From assembly GCA_030704615.1 (NCBI GenBank), contig CM060733.1, positions 28,396,001-28,460,000 of the forward strand: a stretch of 64,000 bases of DNA, read 5' to 3'. The notes under the pieces are model-generated. The model saw nothing but the letters and a program-made list of their open reading frames with translations, ran no database searches and was not told the origin of the DNA. Shown piece after piece: positions 1-13,530 of the stretch. The DNA is from Takakia lepidozioides. Taxonomy: Eukaryota; Plantae; Bryophyta. The first letter of the stretch is position 1. Every line of letters begins with the position of its first letter. The translations under genes and the position numbers were made by a program.

Positions 1-1300
1 GACCCTCTGTAACCTCTGTAACACCGCAGAGTGTCACCCTCACCCATATGTAACCCTCATTCCATGTAACCCTCTCTGACCCTCTGTAACCCTCTATAAT
101 CCATGTAACCCTCTGTGACCCTCTATATCCCTCACCATGTGTAACCCTTACCACCACGTAACTCTCTGTAACACTGCAGAGTGTCACCCTCGCCACCATG
201 TAACCCTCCGTAACCCTCACAAACCCTCTGTGACACCGCAGAGTGTTACCCTCATCGCCATGTAACCCTCACTCCATGTAACCCTCTGTGACCCTCTGTG
301 GCTCTGTAACCCATGTAACCCTCTGTAACACCGCAGAGTGTCACCCTCACCCCTTATGTAACCCTCACTCCATGTAACCCTCTGTAACCCTTTGTAACCC
401 TCACCACCATGTAACCCTCTATAACACCGCAGAGTGTCATCCTCACCCCTATGTACATGTAACCCTCTGTGACCCTCTATAACCCTCACCAGGTGTAACC
501 CTCACCACCATGTAACCCTCTGTAACCCATGTAACGCAGAGTGTCACCCCCATCCCTATGCATCCCTCACTCCTTGTAACCCTTTGTAACCCTCTGTGAC
601 CCTCTGTAACCCGTGTAACCCTCTGTGACCCTCTGTAACCCATATAACCCTCTATAACCCTCACCAGGTATAACCCTCACTCCATATAACCCTCTCTGAC
701 CCTCTGTAACCCATGTAACCCTCTGTGACCCTCTATAACCCTCACTAGGTGTAACCTTCATCACCATGTAACCCTCTGTAACACCGCAGAGTGTCACCCT
801 CACCCCTATGTAACCTCACTCCATGTAACCCTCTGTGACCCTCTGTAACCCATGTAACCCTCTCTGACCCTCTGTAACCCTCACCACCATGTAACCCTCC
901 CATGTAACCCTCTGTCACCCTCTGTAACCCATGTAACCCCATGACCCTCTGTAACCTTTTGTAACCCATGTAACCATCTGTTACTCCGCGGGGTGTAACC
1001 CTCACTCCATGTTATCCTGCATCGTGTAACCCCAATGCAAGCTTGTATCATGTTATCCCATGTACCCCTCTCCGTGTAACTCCAGTTCCTCGTGTAACCC
1101 CATCATCCTTGTAACCCTTTGCACGTCAGCCCTTGTAGCTCCGCCTCGTGTAACCCTCATTGTGTAACTCTCACATTGTAACCCCACTATGTAACCCCGA
1201 TACTGTATCAATCCCCTCCGTGTAACCCCCGATTATGTCACTCCTAGCTTGTGTCACCCCGGATCCTTTATCCCCAACGCATGTCACCCCTGTTCGTGTA
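1..1300 (-). repeat. Left inverted arm: GGGTTAC(A)/GGTGACAC minisatellite
   Basis: Dense gtaaccc/gtcaccc units (tgtaaccctc, catgtaaccc, caccgcagagtgtcaccctc) that degrade towards ~1300. Confidence 0.95.
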
Positions 1301-2071
1301 GCCCCTTGGTGCCCAACAAAAATTGGCGGGCTCCAAGAGGTGTTAGATATTTTGAATTCAAACCTGGGTTACACGATTCGGTGACATCAAAACCCACGTG
1401 TAATTCCATCATCGCTCGTCATTTTCACCAAGTGCATAGACGTCGTGCAGTCCCGAGGGCTCCGCTGCATTGCCTGCGTGTGTTCTGCGATTTGTACTGT
1501 ACTGGTGGTACTGTTGCCGCTAATGGCATGTGCTGCCGCGAAGGTGCTAGACGAGGAACGCAAAGCAGCATTGGAATCAAATGGTTTGAAAGATGAGGCG
1601 GGAGAACTCTGTCATTTGCAGCATTTGGTATCTCATTTGAAATGTATCCTACAGCTGCCCATAGACGGGCTTTTCAATCACACAAACCTCCGTTGGATAC
1701 GCCACGTTTCCCAGGGAAAAGGGAAACGGATATCCATCGAAGTAGCTGTCGTTCCATGGTCTCGCATTCCTGATTTTCTGGAGGGAGAAAGGAGTAGAGT
1801 GGATGAGAAGACCCAATTTTATGTTCAAGATCGAAGGTACCGTGAGTTGCTAGATCTGACAACACCGGGTGCAAACAGTTATCGTCAGTGGCATAAGTAA
1901 GTCACTTACGAGGGTTGCATAACATTCCCAGCCCCACTTCTTTCTGCTGGCCTAGTTAAGAGAAAACAAATATTCGACACTTCACTGCCGGATCAGCCTG
2001 CCGACTACGGTAGATAGACTTGATATTACAGTCTTAAAATTTGCAAAGCGAACATAGTTACCATCATATTG

Positions 2072-2705
2072 GGAAGATAATAGGAATAATGTAAGAACTT
2101 AATGCACACGTGCAACCTCTGACAGGATGGTATGCCAGTTTCCGGCATGTCAATTCTTCCCCGCCTTCTCTTGAGAATGACATGGAACTGAAGGAGTGTA
2201 AACTCCACTTGGGGTTACATTGGATTACACGACGAGGTGTATAACTCCACTTGGGGTTACATTGGGTTACACAACAAGGTGTGTAACTCCACTTGGGGTT
2301 ACACAAAATGGAGTGTAACTCCACTCGGTGTAACTCACACTTGGTCTCGAAATTTGACCAAGTCCAAATTTGGTTAAGTATAAAATGGACTAACCAGAGT
2401 TACATGAAGAGCCAGGGTTACAAAAGGTTACACCAACCGGGGTCACACTACAAGAGTGTCCCATCAAGAATCAAACCTCGATCCTCACCGCTTGCATTGC
2501 TATCACCTTACCCTCACGCTACCCACCACAATTTGCAACCTACTTGGATTCTTAAGTTTTTATAATAGTGAAACCAAGGTAAGAGGGGGTGGGGCGGATT
2601 TGACAGGGGCCCCGCCGGAGGAGCCCAGGCTGCCGGAATCCGCGGCGAAAGTACCGTCAGATCACACGCGTCCATTAAGTTCTTACTTTATTCCTATTGT
2701 CTTCC
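2072..2705 (+). mobile_element. MULE-type MITE with 33-bp TIRs and 9-bp TSD
   Basis: TIR GGAAGATAATAGGAATAATGTAAGAACTTAATG at 2072, with a near reverse complement ending at 2705. Flanks are ATCATATTG (2063-2071) and ATTATATTG (2706-2714). Internal GGGTTAC repeats. Confidence 0.9.
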
Positions 2706-3139
2706 ATTATATTGTCGGGGACTGTTTATTATATTTAGTTCCCTTCAAGTTTATCCCTACAATTCTATTATATTCAGTTCCTTCAGATTTATCCTTCAAT
2801 TCTATTATATTCGTTTCTCTCATTTTTATCATAATGATCGACTTCCATTATATTCATTTCCTTTCAGTTTTATCACTTTAAATTCCATTATATTCAGTTC
2901 TCTTTAGACTCTTTATCCTCTAGTTCCACATTCAATTTATCTTTTCGCATTTGTTCCTTGCATTCAATTCATATCAGGACAGCCATCACTAGCATTAGGG
3001 TGGAGCCAGTACTCGACTAGCTACTTGTTAATTTCAAGAGCAACATGGCTTCCATCCCCTTTCATTTAAAAATAAAATAAAATAAAAATAAAAATATATT
3101 CCTAAGAGGAGTTACATAAGACGCAGACCCAAGCCTACA

Positions 3140-3382
3140 TTAGCCACCCATGAAGAATCAAACCTGGTACCTTGCCACCTACACACCTTACGAGTTCACA
3201 ATCTGCAACATTATGAAGAAGTATTTAATAGCGATCCGTGGTAAAAGGGTAAGAGGGGGTGGAGAGGATTTGGAATGCGGGACCTGCCGAAACTGCTAAT
3301 GCTACATGAATCCGGCAAAATGACCATTGGATCGCAAGCAAGCCGAGTGCATTAAGTTCTTACATTATTCCTATTGTTTTCC
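3140..3382 (+). mobile_element. Diverged right end of a related MITE
   Basis: Right TIR cattaagttcttacattattcctattgttttcc at 3350-3382, preceded by sequence resembling 2460-2670. No matching left TIR. Confidence 0.7.
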
Positions 3383-6300
3383 ATAAATAATTGATTTCCA
3401 ACCTCTAAGGCGTTTTACATACGATACCATTGGAAAAGATGGAAAAAAATAACCTCTTGAAGCCATGAAGCGAAGGGGCCACTACCTACCCGGACTCTCC
3501 GGACTCTCCACACACTAAAAAGGTCCAAGGTGGAAGAACAGCCACAAGTAAAAGTAAGGAACGAGCAAAGAGTGTTGCTTCGAACATCCCCACCCTACAG
3601 TGAACCCAACACGCCAACGGAACTTTCAGGGTATGTGGGCGGGAAAACGTCCACACCCTTGCACTGAACCCTATATCCCACAAAAATTCGGGCACTGAAT
3701 ATCTCTCCGTGCCCCCTGTGAAGCCTTAAAACAAGCCTGAAGCATATACTCATTGTCTCTCAAGAAACAAGAAGCAATGCAACATTTGGGACCAACGAAA
3801 ATAAGGTATTCGTGTCACGCTTTACCTTTCATTGCATTCTGAAATGTGAGTGCCATGCAATTGTTGCCAATATTATAACACTCACCTTTATTCATTTTGT
3901 ACCATTGCGACATTGCAGTTCCCAATGTATACCATGATGGTGTTCGACGAATGGCTCAACGGCATACCTGTTGCTTATATTATATCAGCGAGAAACAAAA
4001 CGACTGACCTGAGCCCCTGGATGAAACGTCTTCGCGACCGACTTCTTCAGAGCAAACCAGATTGGAGGCCAAATGCTTTTATTGTCGACGATGCAGACGC
4101 ATAAATCAATGCTATCAGGTACATGGCTAGAAGTTACAATGTTCTGAGTCACACAATAATTTACACTACAAGTTGCATGCATGAGGGGTTTCATGGATCG
4201 GGCTACACTGCTGCTAGTTACACTGAGAATCACAGTAAGAGTTAAACTGCCAGTTACACGAGGGGGTGCATTGCTGCCTGTAACACTTGGAGTTACACTG
4301 TCAGTTGCTTGAGGGGTTACATGGATTGGGTTGCAGTGCTGTCTGTTACACTGAGGGTTACACTATCAGTTAGACAGATGGTTATACTGCCTTGAGTTGG
4401 ACGGAGGGTTACACTGCTGTGAGTTAGACCGAGGGTTACATTGCTATGAGGTAGACAGAGGGTTACACTGCGAGTTACATTGGGAGTTACACGGCGTGTC
4501 ATCCGCAGTCCTGCATGGATTAGGTTGCACTGCTATAGCCTGTGAGTTACACTGGGAGCATCGCAGAGGGTTGTATGGGTTGGGTCGCTCTGAGAGTTAC
4601 ACGGTGTAACATGGATTGCGTTACAGCACTGCGAGAGGTTATATGTGTTGGGTTACACTGATAGTTACATGACCAGATGCACGAGGGGTTACATGAGTCA
4701 CACTACTAAGAGTGACACTTTGAAGAGTTACACTGCGAAGAGTTACACTTCTAGGAGTTACACTGACAAGAGTTACATTGATGGATTGGGTGGCATTTGA
4801 TGTGTGTGCGTGCAGGGAATCGTTTGGGGACGTAGCGATATTTCTATGCCTTTGGCATGTTCGCGCGCGCTTGGCTGAAACATTCGTGGCGTAAGATGCC
4901 CGATCCATACACTCGCAATGCTGTTTTGAAACAGCTTGGCGACGTAATGTACGGCATTAACGCCTGTGTGGGAGTCACCCCAGAAGAGTGGGCGCTGGAG
5001 CGACTGGAAGATTTGAATTATTTCTATCCGCTTGCGCGTGACTTCCTACATTACATCAGAATGGAATGGGTCCCAAAACTGAGCATGTGGATCACGGGGG
5101 CTCGTTATATTCCCCACGCAAGTCAGGATACTAATGCCGCAATTGAATCTTGGCACGGAAATTTGAAGGCTCGTTTACGCTCGGGAAAGCAAAGGCTTGA
5201 TGGCAGGAGAATCGATTGGCTGATCAGCGAACTCGTGGGTCCTGTTCTAACCCACTATTGGTATAGAGATAACTTGAAATCGAAAGGCTTCAAAAGGAAT
5301 GTACGACAGGAGGAATTTATCAGTAATGTTGTTTGGACTGCAAGGGAGATCCCTGATGTCAATGTTCATTTGCCCACTGTTCCTGGTCATCCGGCGATTG
5401 TGGATAGTGTTCAAACGGCCGGTCGAAGCTACACAATCTATGCACCTGCGACCACCTGGGCTTGTTGCGATTGTCCATGGGCTTTGAAGGGTAACTTGTG
5501 CAAACATCAAATCCGCGTTCTTCAATTGATGAAGCCAAATCTGAAGGAAGGGCTTATTGTGAAGCTCTGTGGCACAAAGCTCGGGACCATTCATGGAGGT
5601 CTTCACATATTGATGAAATCGGAACTTCAGATATTGATGCAGAGGAGGAAGTTGTGAATCTAGCAGAGCCTACGGAGTGCTCAGCATCATCCCAGCGTGG
5701 TCGGCAGGAGCCATCGGATGTTTCATCAATTGAATCTGAGATGAAGTCCCTGTCGCTTCTTGGCAATGAGAGTGAAACAATGCGCAAACATCTGCTTGCC
5801 GAGCTTCGTTGTGTTCGTGGGAGGCTGTCCACTTTTACAAGTCAGAATCGACAAAGGTCTGTTGCACCCTCTTCAGGCAGTTCCATTCATAAAAAATGAT
5901 GATGGAAACAACATGTCCCTTGCCAGGAAAGTAGATTTTGAGACCGGGTTCCGTAGTAAGTGACATTGAGTCCATTGGCAATGACACTTATTTTGTGATC
6001 ACCAGGTTTAATATGAAGTACATGTCTGTTCATGGGTTGTTATTCACTTTGCCATTCCATCCACATTCAAGACCTATGTAACCCACTCAATGGGACACCC
6101 ATGGGCCGGGGTGACACACCGCAGGGTTACACGTCTGGGTTTTCATAACGTAACATAGCTCTACTTAGTGTAACTCGCATCTGTGGTACTCCACACAGTG
6201 TAACACAGATGAGTGTGAACCTCTTCAGTGTAACTCATTGTGGTGTAACTCCAAGTGTAACTGCAATGTAACTATCAACAGTGTAACCCAGTATGTAACC

Positions 6301-7360
6301 CCATAGAATATTGCTGTCAGTGGTGTAACTCTGAGAATTTAAAGTCGATGACTACAATGTGACTACAGGTCTGGGTTAGTCTGCCGGGTTACATGACCCT
6401 TCAATACAGAGTGGGAAGATGAAGTCGAGCACCTTTAGTCACCAACACTAGCCCCTATATGTGTAACCCCTCTATGTAACCCAATTTGTGTGTACCCATG
6501 TAACCCAATTTGTGTAACCCATGGACGTGTAATCCATGAGATAGATAATCATTCCGTTCAACCTATGTTATGGACCAGTGTAGCCCTCCGGAGTGTAACT
6601 TGTTGTTGTGTAACCCCAAGAAGTATGTATCCCGACCACATGTAACCCCCACTGATGTCACCCCATTGCATGTAACCCATTGTACAAATTGGGGTGCACG
6701 CTATAAACCCCGATGCTACATCACCCCATCCTATGTATCCCCACGACACATAGCCCTTGTATAGGCAACCCTGCCCACTTTCACTGTGCACAGTGTAACT
6801 TAGAACTGTGTAACCCTCTTGAGTGAGTGTAACCCAGAGTGTTGTAACTCCAAGAAGTATGTAGTCCGACCAGATGTTACCCCACACTATTGTGACCCCA
6901 TCGTATTTAACCCATTGTACATAGCCCTCATGTATGTAACCCCATGTAGTATAAATCTGAGAACTTCAGTGCACAAACACTTCAGTGCGAAAAAAAAAAA
7001 ATAAAAAAAAAAAATACAAATGCTTATAGTCAAGGTGGGGTTACATGCCACGAAACTATACTGTTTCAGCAACGTGACCCTGACATAGCCAGGAAGGCCC
7101 AACCATGTAACCCTGAGAGGCCCATTGCATGTAACCCCACGTTGTGAGACCCGGCACGGTGTAACCCATCACTTATGTGTGAACCCACAGAGTGTAAGCC
7201 CATTGCCCCAGGGCCCAAAGGTGTACCCAAGTACTTGTCTATGACTCCACTTCATGTAACCTTATAAGGTGTAACCCCATGTAAGCCCATTGCATGAAAC
7301 CCAAACTGTGAAGTGTACGAACAAACCACATAGAAGCAAAAATGCATCAAGAGACGCTAT

Positions 7361-10300
7361 TTATTTTTTTGGCCATCTGACCAAGTCTTTGTCCATCTCG
7401 TCACACAGCCAACTAATCATATGAGTACGGGAAGCTATCATGGTTGACTCGTTGAACCAACTTGCAGTAAACGCCCGCCTATGACGGTTCGATCTTCTGT
7501 GGTTTTCACATTGAACTTCCACTCCAAGTAAAATTGCACAAAACAAAGTGCATAAGCCGCACTCCCAACAGCTCCGTTGCTGGGGGACACTGGCCTCAAA
7601 CCATTCCATCCTCCATGACGTAACTGAAGTCATCAGATCCAGGCATGAAATCAAAGAACGCTATGGCAAAATTTTGCAAAATTCCTTCAATGAGTTTGGG
7701 TCGGGCAATGGTTTTATGGGAGTCCAAATGTACTATCCGACCTCGCGCTCTAAAAACAACAACACTCCAGTGATCACTGCAACACAAACAAACCGTTACG
7801 TCAGAATAGAAAAAAAATCTCCAATGAAACCCATTGTGGTGTAACCCTTTGTACTGTAACTCTAAACGGTGTACACAACTAGTCAGCAGTCACTAGTGCA
7901 ACTCAGTCTAGAATAGAGGAGTGTAACCCAACATGCTCAGTCAACGCTGAAATTACTTACTCGAAGACAATAGGGATGACAACCACGTCCACAAGATCTC
8001 GATTCTTTGTGAACACCATCCCTCGGCATCCTGAGTGTACCATTCTTGCACCAACCCGAATAGCGTCTGCAGATCGTTACCATTGGTACGCATGACATGC
8101 CATTGAAAAGGAGCACAGATGACAAACTCAGGTGCGATAGCCTTAACAATTTGGCCTCCAGAAGTTTGTTGTAACCCGAGAGCAATGCATCTGTGACAGT
8201 TGCTCTTATTTTATACATCGGCTCAAAATCTGTCTCTTCCAAGTAAAACTGTAACGGGCTAGAAGCCAGGAAGGCATCGCCATAATAAAACTTCACTTCG
8301 GGCGCCCCAGGAGGGTCCGACACCATTCTGAACTTTTCAAGTACCGTTGTTTTAGTCTGCACAACAAACCGCACATTACGAACATTACGATGCATCATAC
8401 AAGAGTTATAATCAATATTCAAAATCAAAGAGGATCAAAGTACAATGAGGTACCTCGAACGCTCCCGCAAGTGCTTGGCAAGGACCTCTTGCTGCTGGAC
8501 AACGTCAACCTCCGAGACCCCTGCACTTTTGCCTTTCGATTTGGTTCGCTGTTTTTTGGGTGCGACAAGAACATGTACTTCTTTGTCAGCGCTAGGGGGT
8601 TCAGCCAACCGCTTTCTTTGAGCAGGCGGCCGTTTTGACCTCCTGGGATTCTTGCAACCTTGACAATGCCGCCGGTAGGGGGAATTTCTGAGCCAGAGGT
8701 GCCTTGTTCTGAGTTTGCTGCAAGTGCTGAAGACTGACTGCACTCCCTCGTCTGAGACGTGCTGGGGAGGTGATGACCAAGGGCAGAAGTCACAGCTCAC
8801 CTCCTCGGTGCTACCCCTGTCAGTGTCACCCTTCTCTTCAGCTTCCTGCTCAGTGTCACTCTTCTCAGTGTCACCCTTCTCTTCGGCTACCTCCTTAGTG
8901 TCACGCATCTCAGTGTCACCCTTCTCTCTGGCTATCTTCTCAGTGTTTCTGGTCTCAGTGTCACCTTTCTCTTTGGCCGCATTATCAGTGTCACTCTTCG
9001 CAGTGTCACCCTTCTCATCGGGTTCCTTCCCAGTGTCACTCTGCTGAGTAACAATCTTATGTGTGTCACCCTTGGCAGTGTCACTCTTCTCAGTGTCACG
9101 ATGCTCCGCAACATCCTTCTCTTCGTGACTCTCCACAGTGAAACGCTTCTCAGTGTGACCCTGCTCTGTGTCACCCTTCCAACTGACAACCTCCTCGGTG
9201 ACACCCTTCCCCGTGTCACCCATGTCGATGTCACTCTTCTTTGCATCAAGTGCCATCCTTGATTGTGTCGCCCTTCTCCGCACCCTCCAAGACCATGTTG
9301 ACTAGCGGAAGAGTGTCATCCGTCGCGACTAGTGGCCGTGGCAAAAGAGTGTCACCTTCCACGACTAGTGGTAGTGGAATGTCATCTATGGCAGTGTTAC
9401 ACTCACGGACATCTGCCATGTGGGTTGGCTGTGGGGTGTCACCCCTATCAGTGTAACCCATGTCAATGTCACTCTCAACAGAAGTTGCAGTGTTCACGGT
9501 CAATGGTGTGTCACCCACGACAATGTCCTTCACGGCACTGTCAGCCACACCGGTATCCGCAGTGTCACCCTGAGGTGCAGTGTAACCCTCCTTCCCTGTT
9601 GCTCCTCTCTGCGCAGTGTCACCCTCAGGTGCAATGTAACCCTCGGTTTCAGGGCATCCTCCCCTTGCAGTGTCACCCTGCGCATCAATGTGACCCACGA
9701 AGGCCGGGTCATTCTGAGAGAGGTTGACCACATGATCCTGACAAATACTTACATTGCTGCATGGAGGTTTCAACCCAGCATCTCCAGATTCAAAGTCATA
9801 CACAGACTCTGGGTCAAGCGGGTCCCCAATTCTTCGATTAAGACCTCCAAAAGAAATGACTGGGGCTAAGGACAAAGAGGTTCGCACTTGGGTGTTCCAC
9901 CTTGATGTATCATCTTCAGTATCAGTATCAGAATTCACGGGCAAATCCCGCGTCAAGTCTGCTAGGTTCACCCCTAAATGCAGCTGGGTTGAGTACAATT
10001 TACCAACCTGCGACAAAGATACAACGGCAGATTGACTTGGAATGATGTCCTCGTCATGTACATCGTCGCTCTGCGGGGCGGAAATTGGCCCATCGCTCGT
10101 CTGCGCGCCCCCTGCGCCCTCTGTATCACATTGTGGAGGGGCCCCATACACAACTTCGTGAAGCTCACGTTGAGCCTCAAAAGGTTTTTGAACACATTGG
10201 CGACTTGATTGGTCATGAGCTCGGACTCATCTGCATCGGGGAAAAGACAAAGGTTTTTAGTCGTGGAACGAGGTTTTTGAAAGTGCAAGGGTTACACTGA

Positions 10301-12560
10301 CTAGGACAAGACAGTGGTTTGATGTGGGTTACACCACCCTGTTAGAGACAGTAGTTTGCAATGGGTTACACTACTGAGATTACACAACGAGAGGGTAACA
10401 AATCTAGGGTAGCACAGCGAGGGGTACCATTAGGGGTACACTGATTACATGGTTACATACTCCGAGGGTTACACTGATTACAGGGTTACACACAGCGAGG
10501 GTTACACTGAGTACAAGGTTCCACATAGCGAGGGTTACACTGATTACAGGATTACACACAAAGGGATTACACGACGAGAGGGGTGACAGTGGATGGAGTA
10601 ACACTTACAGAGATACCAAGGCACTACAGACCCAAGGTCTCTCATATACTGGATGCCCAAACGCGCATTGAAGTCCATTTCTGTTGGTGATTCGCTGAAG
10701 AGGCCACAACACCAAAGCTGGATAAACGATTCTCTCTGTTGGATCGCAAAGTGATGGGCGGCGCGACGACGGCTTGCCTTGCAAAACTGTATAGCTCCGT
10801 TGATCTTAATTGACCGGTCACCCCACTCTTCTGTACTCAAACTCGATCTTAAGTCCTCGAGCTCAGAATCCAAGGTCGCAATTCCGTCACCAGGTTGTGC
10901 AAAGTACATCAGACTAAAGCCGTAATACTCATCGACTAGGTCCTTCACCTTTGAGGCCGTAAGAGCACTTTCCAGAAGTTCAGTCGTGAACCCCAACCTG
11001 GGATGCGTTTGGGAAACTGACCTGCCATGATTTCTTACATCGTTGTGGGCCAGAATTCTCAAAAGGAGTGGTGGCGGTCCAATGTGCGGTTTGGTGAGAT
11101 TCTCCATTTGACTGATCAATCCTTCGGCAAAACCACGAGTGAATTCCAACGGATTTGGAACAACCAAACCTTTGATTCCATCTCCAGTAATAGTGATGAC
11201 AAGAGGATTTGAAGTTCTGGCATCGTCAAGGTCGGTATTGCCAACAGCTAGTTCGTCCATCCTGTCATCATCATGTGAGGCTTGGCTCTCTCGATGGACT
11301 CGTGTAAGTCTCCCACCTTTTTTCTTTTTCTGCTTTGGCATGTCAGGATGCCCAATGCTCTCTAAATACTCCTTCACCCGATTCAATTCCTCTATCATTA
11401 ACGGACCATGATCCGGCTGGGCTGTAAACGCCTTGTGGGCAGCAACAACACTGTCTATATCATCGCTTCTAAGATGATGTCGAGCTCCCTGTGCAATACA
11501 ACGTGAGGGGTTACACCAGAGAAAAGGGTTACAGCACGAGGGGTTACACATGAAAATGGGTTACAAAGAAGGTGGGCTACATGGAGTTACACAGAGGTGG
11601 TTTACACACCATAGGGATTTTTAAAAGGGGTCCTCTGTAGGTGGGTTACACTCTGGGTTACACGCCACAGGAGAGACAGGGGGGGTAACACAAAGGGTTA
11701 CACGGATAGACAACAACCCGAAATTTGAAAAACAGAGAAATGGCAGGGAATCCAACTTGATTGTCCCTCGATAGAACCCAACTTGATTTTGCAGCTGTCG
11801 CATGGACTGTGCCCTCGCCTCGCGCAACAAATTCTTGGAATGCTGGCCAAAACCCCTTCTCATTGACATTCAAAAATGGGAAATGAGGAATAAGGCCATG
11901 TGATAGCAGAAGGATTGAGCCTGGAGTTCGCTTTCGCAAGATGAACCTTGAGCTCTGGGTTCCCCGGTTTCCAATGTTGATTTTCTTTGCAATAAGGACA
12001 GGTAGAGGCGGGCTCAATCGCCGCTTATCTCTCTCGTTAGAAACCTGCCGAATAGAAGGACCAGGGACAGAAACAATAGGAGCACCAGAAGATGTAACCT
12101 CTGTAGCAGAAATAGCCGAAGAAGATACAACAGCAGGCACTTAAATAGGATCTGCAATCTCACCCAAAGCCACCATATTTTGCAGAATCCATGCATGATA
12201 TGCATCAACAGAAGAAGCTGGAACATAATTCATCACATTTTCAACAGCCATGGCATGCTTGAGCTCCGCATCAAGAAACGGTTTTGTTCCTTTCGGTCTG
12301 GCCATACATGCGGCCGTTCCATCAACAATATGCCGATTCAATCCGCTCTTATCTACCTTTACTGCCCCACAATAAGGACATTCGAACTTAGGCCGGCCCT
12401 TTGCTCCCTCCACCTTGGCCTCTCTACATCTGGTGTGGTAGTATGCGATCATTGTAGCATGCTCATGCTCAGTGTACCAGAAGCGAACTCGTTCGCCATC
12501 CCTTTTCAAGTGATCAAATGGAATAGTAGCCTCTCCAGGGAACAGATAACAATCAGCCAT
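7361..12560 (-). pseudogene. Transposon accessory gene: C2HC zinc finger + unknown domain + (K/E)GDT repeats + Ulp1/C48 SUMO-protease domain
   Basis: ATG at 12560 leads to FECPYCG...LNRHIVDGTAAC, with an in-frame TAA at 12141. Further exons at ~11490-10620, ~10290-8435 (frameshifted, GDT repeats), ~8357-7950 and ~7790-7361. The last carries HWSVVVF...HLDS and VPQQRSCWECG, the His/Asp/Gln/Cys motifs of C48 proteases, split by a frameshift. Confidence 0.75.
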
Positions 12561-13399
12561 GGCAAAAGAAAAAGCTGACAGAAGAGAAGAGAAGACCAAG
12601 ACCAAGACAAGACAAGACAAGACCAAGACCAAGACCAAGTGAATTCCGAAGAACGCACAACAGGGAGTACGCACAGCAAGGAGTGCAAAAAGAATAGGAA
12701 AGGCTGCGAGAAGGGAAAAACTGAACAATGATCAAAGAACGGAGAACGAAGCTAGCTAGATGTCACCCGTAAGGCATGTCGGTTAAGCGAAAGACGGCTG
12801 TTCATTAAAATCTGGCGGCTTGCAATCAATTATATCCGCACTGAATCACACGTGTATGAGTTGCAATCCCAGTGTCACCCGGAATAGCGGAGTGTAACCC
12901 GTAACCCTACACTTGTGAGCGCGACAAACCGGCCGTTACCCGCATGCCAGGCACGTCGAGTGTAACCCTCCGTCAGGTACCCACATATGATGTAACCCTC
13001 GTCACAACCTCATGTACCCCTAGTCTATGCGACTCCCAAACACAACATCGATGTAACCCTGTCATATCAAACCATTAGTATACAACCTCCAGGTAAACAT
13101 GGTCAATGTAACGCCCCACCCATGTAACCCTAGCCTATGTGGCTCCGCGAGCGCAACATCCACGTAACCCATCAAACATGTCAACCCCATCTAAACCTCC
13201 ATTGCTAAACCGTCTACCAAGCCACCATGTATTGAGAAAGAAAACACCGTGTAACCCCCTGTGTGTAACCATAGCACACGTGACGCAGTCATATAAACCA
13301 TCAGACATGTAACCGGTTGACAGTGCTTGCAAAACACGCATGATTCGATATATATTGCATCCATAATAGCGATGAGTAGGCTGCCCTGGCTGGTGTGTG

Positions 13400-13530
13400 A
13401 ACAAAAGATACACGAGAGGAGAGTGAATGGGCACCCCGTCAAATGAGCGGCTGCTTGCATGGCTAGACCGAAAGAAACAAAACCCTTTCCTAATGCGGAT
13501 CTCAGGAATACCATAGCCATCGGGGACGGT
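13400..13530 (+). pseudogene. Inverted degenerate copy of part of the zinc-finger exon
   Basis: Translates as VNGHPVK*AAACMARPKETKPFPNADLRNTIAI, compared with LNRHIVDGTAACMARPKGTKPFLDAELKHAMAV at ~12240-12345(-). Confidence 0.8.

Larger units (their letters stand above)
1523..5963 (+). pseudogene. MULE-type DDE transposase with SWIM zinc finger (At1g60560/At4g13970-like), disrupted
   Basis: Exon remnants: 1523-~1895 (VAVVPWSRIPDFLEGE); ~3777-3805 (ATFGTNENK); ~3919-4118 (FPMYTMMVFDEWLNGIPVAY...FIVDDADA*INAIR); ~4816-5963 (CLWH, DTNAAIESWH, RIDWLI, SWIM CDCPWALKGNLCKH). There is an in-frame stop at 4102, frameshifts near 4865, 5620 and 5850, and the expected exons between 1900 and 3775 are missing. 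Confidence 0.85.

Noticed and set aside
1-1300. True telomere or interstitial telomeric repeat
   Set aside because: No tandem TTTAGGG/TTAGGG; the units are complex and mirrored at 13.9-15.6 kb around TE genes.
1523-12560. Zisupton assignment (SWIM + Ulp1)
   Set aside because: The ATFGTN/DD/CxxH/E motif order and the 9-bp TSD of the linked MITE fit Mutator better. No SAP or KDZ motifs were seen.
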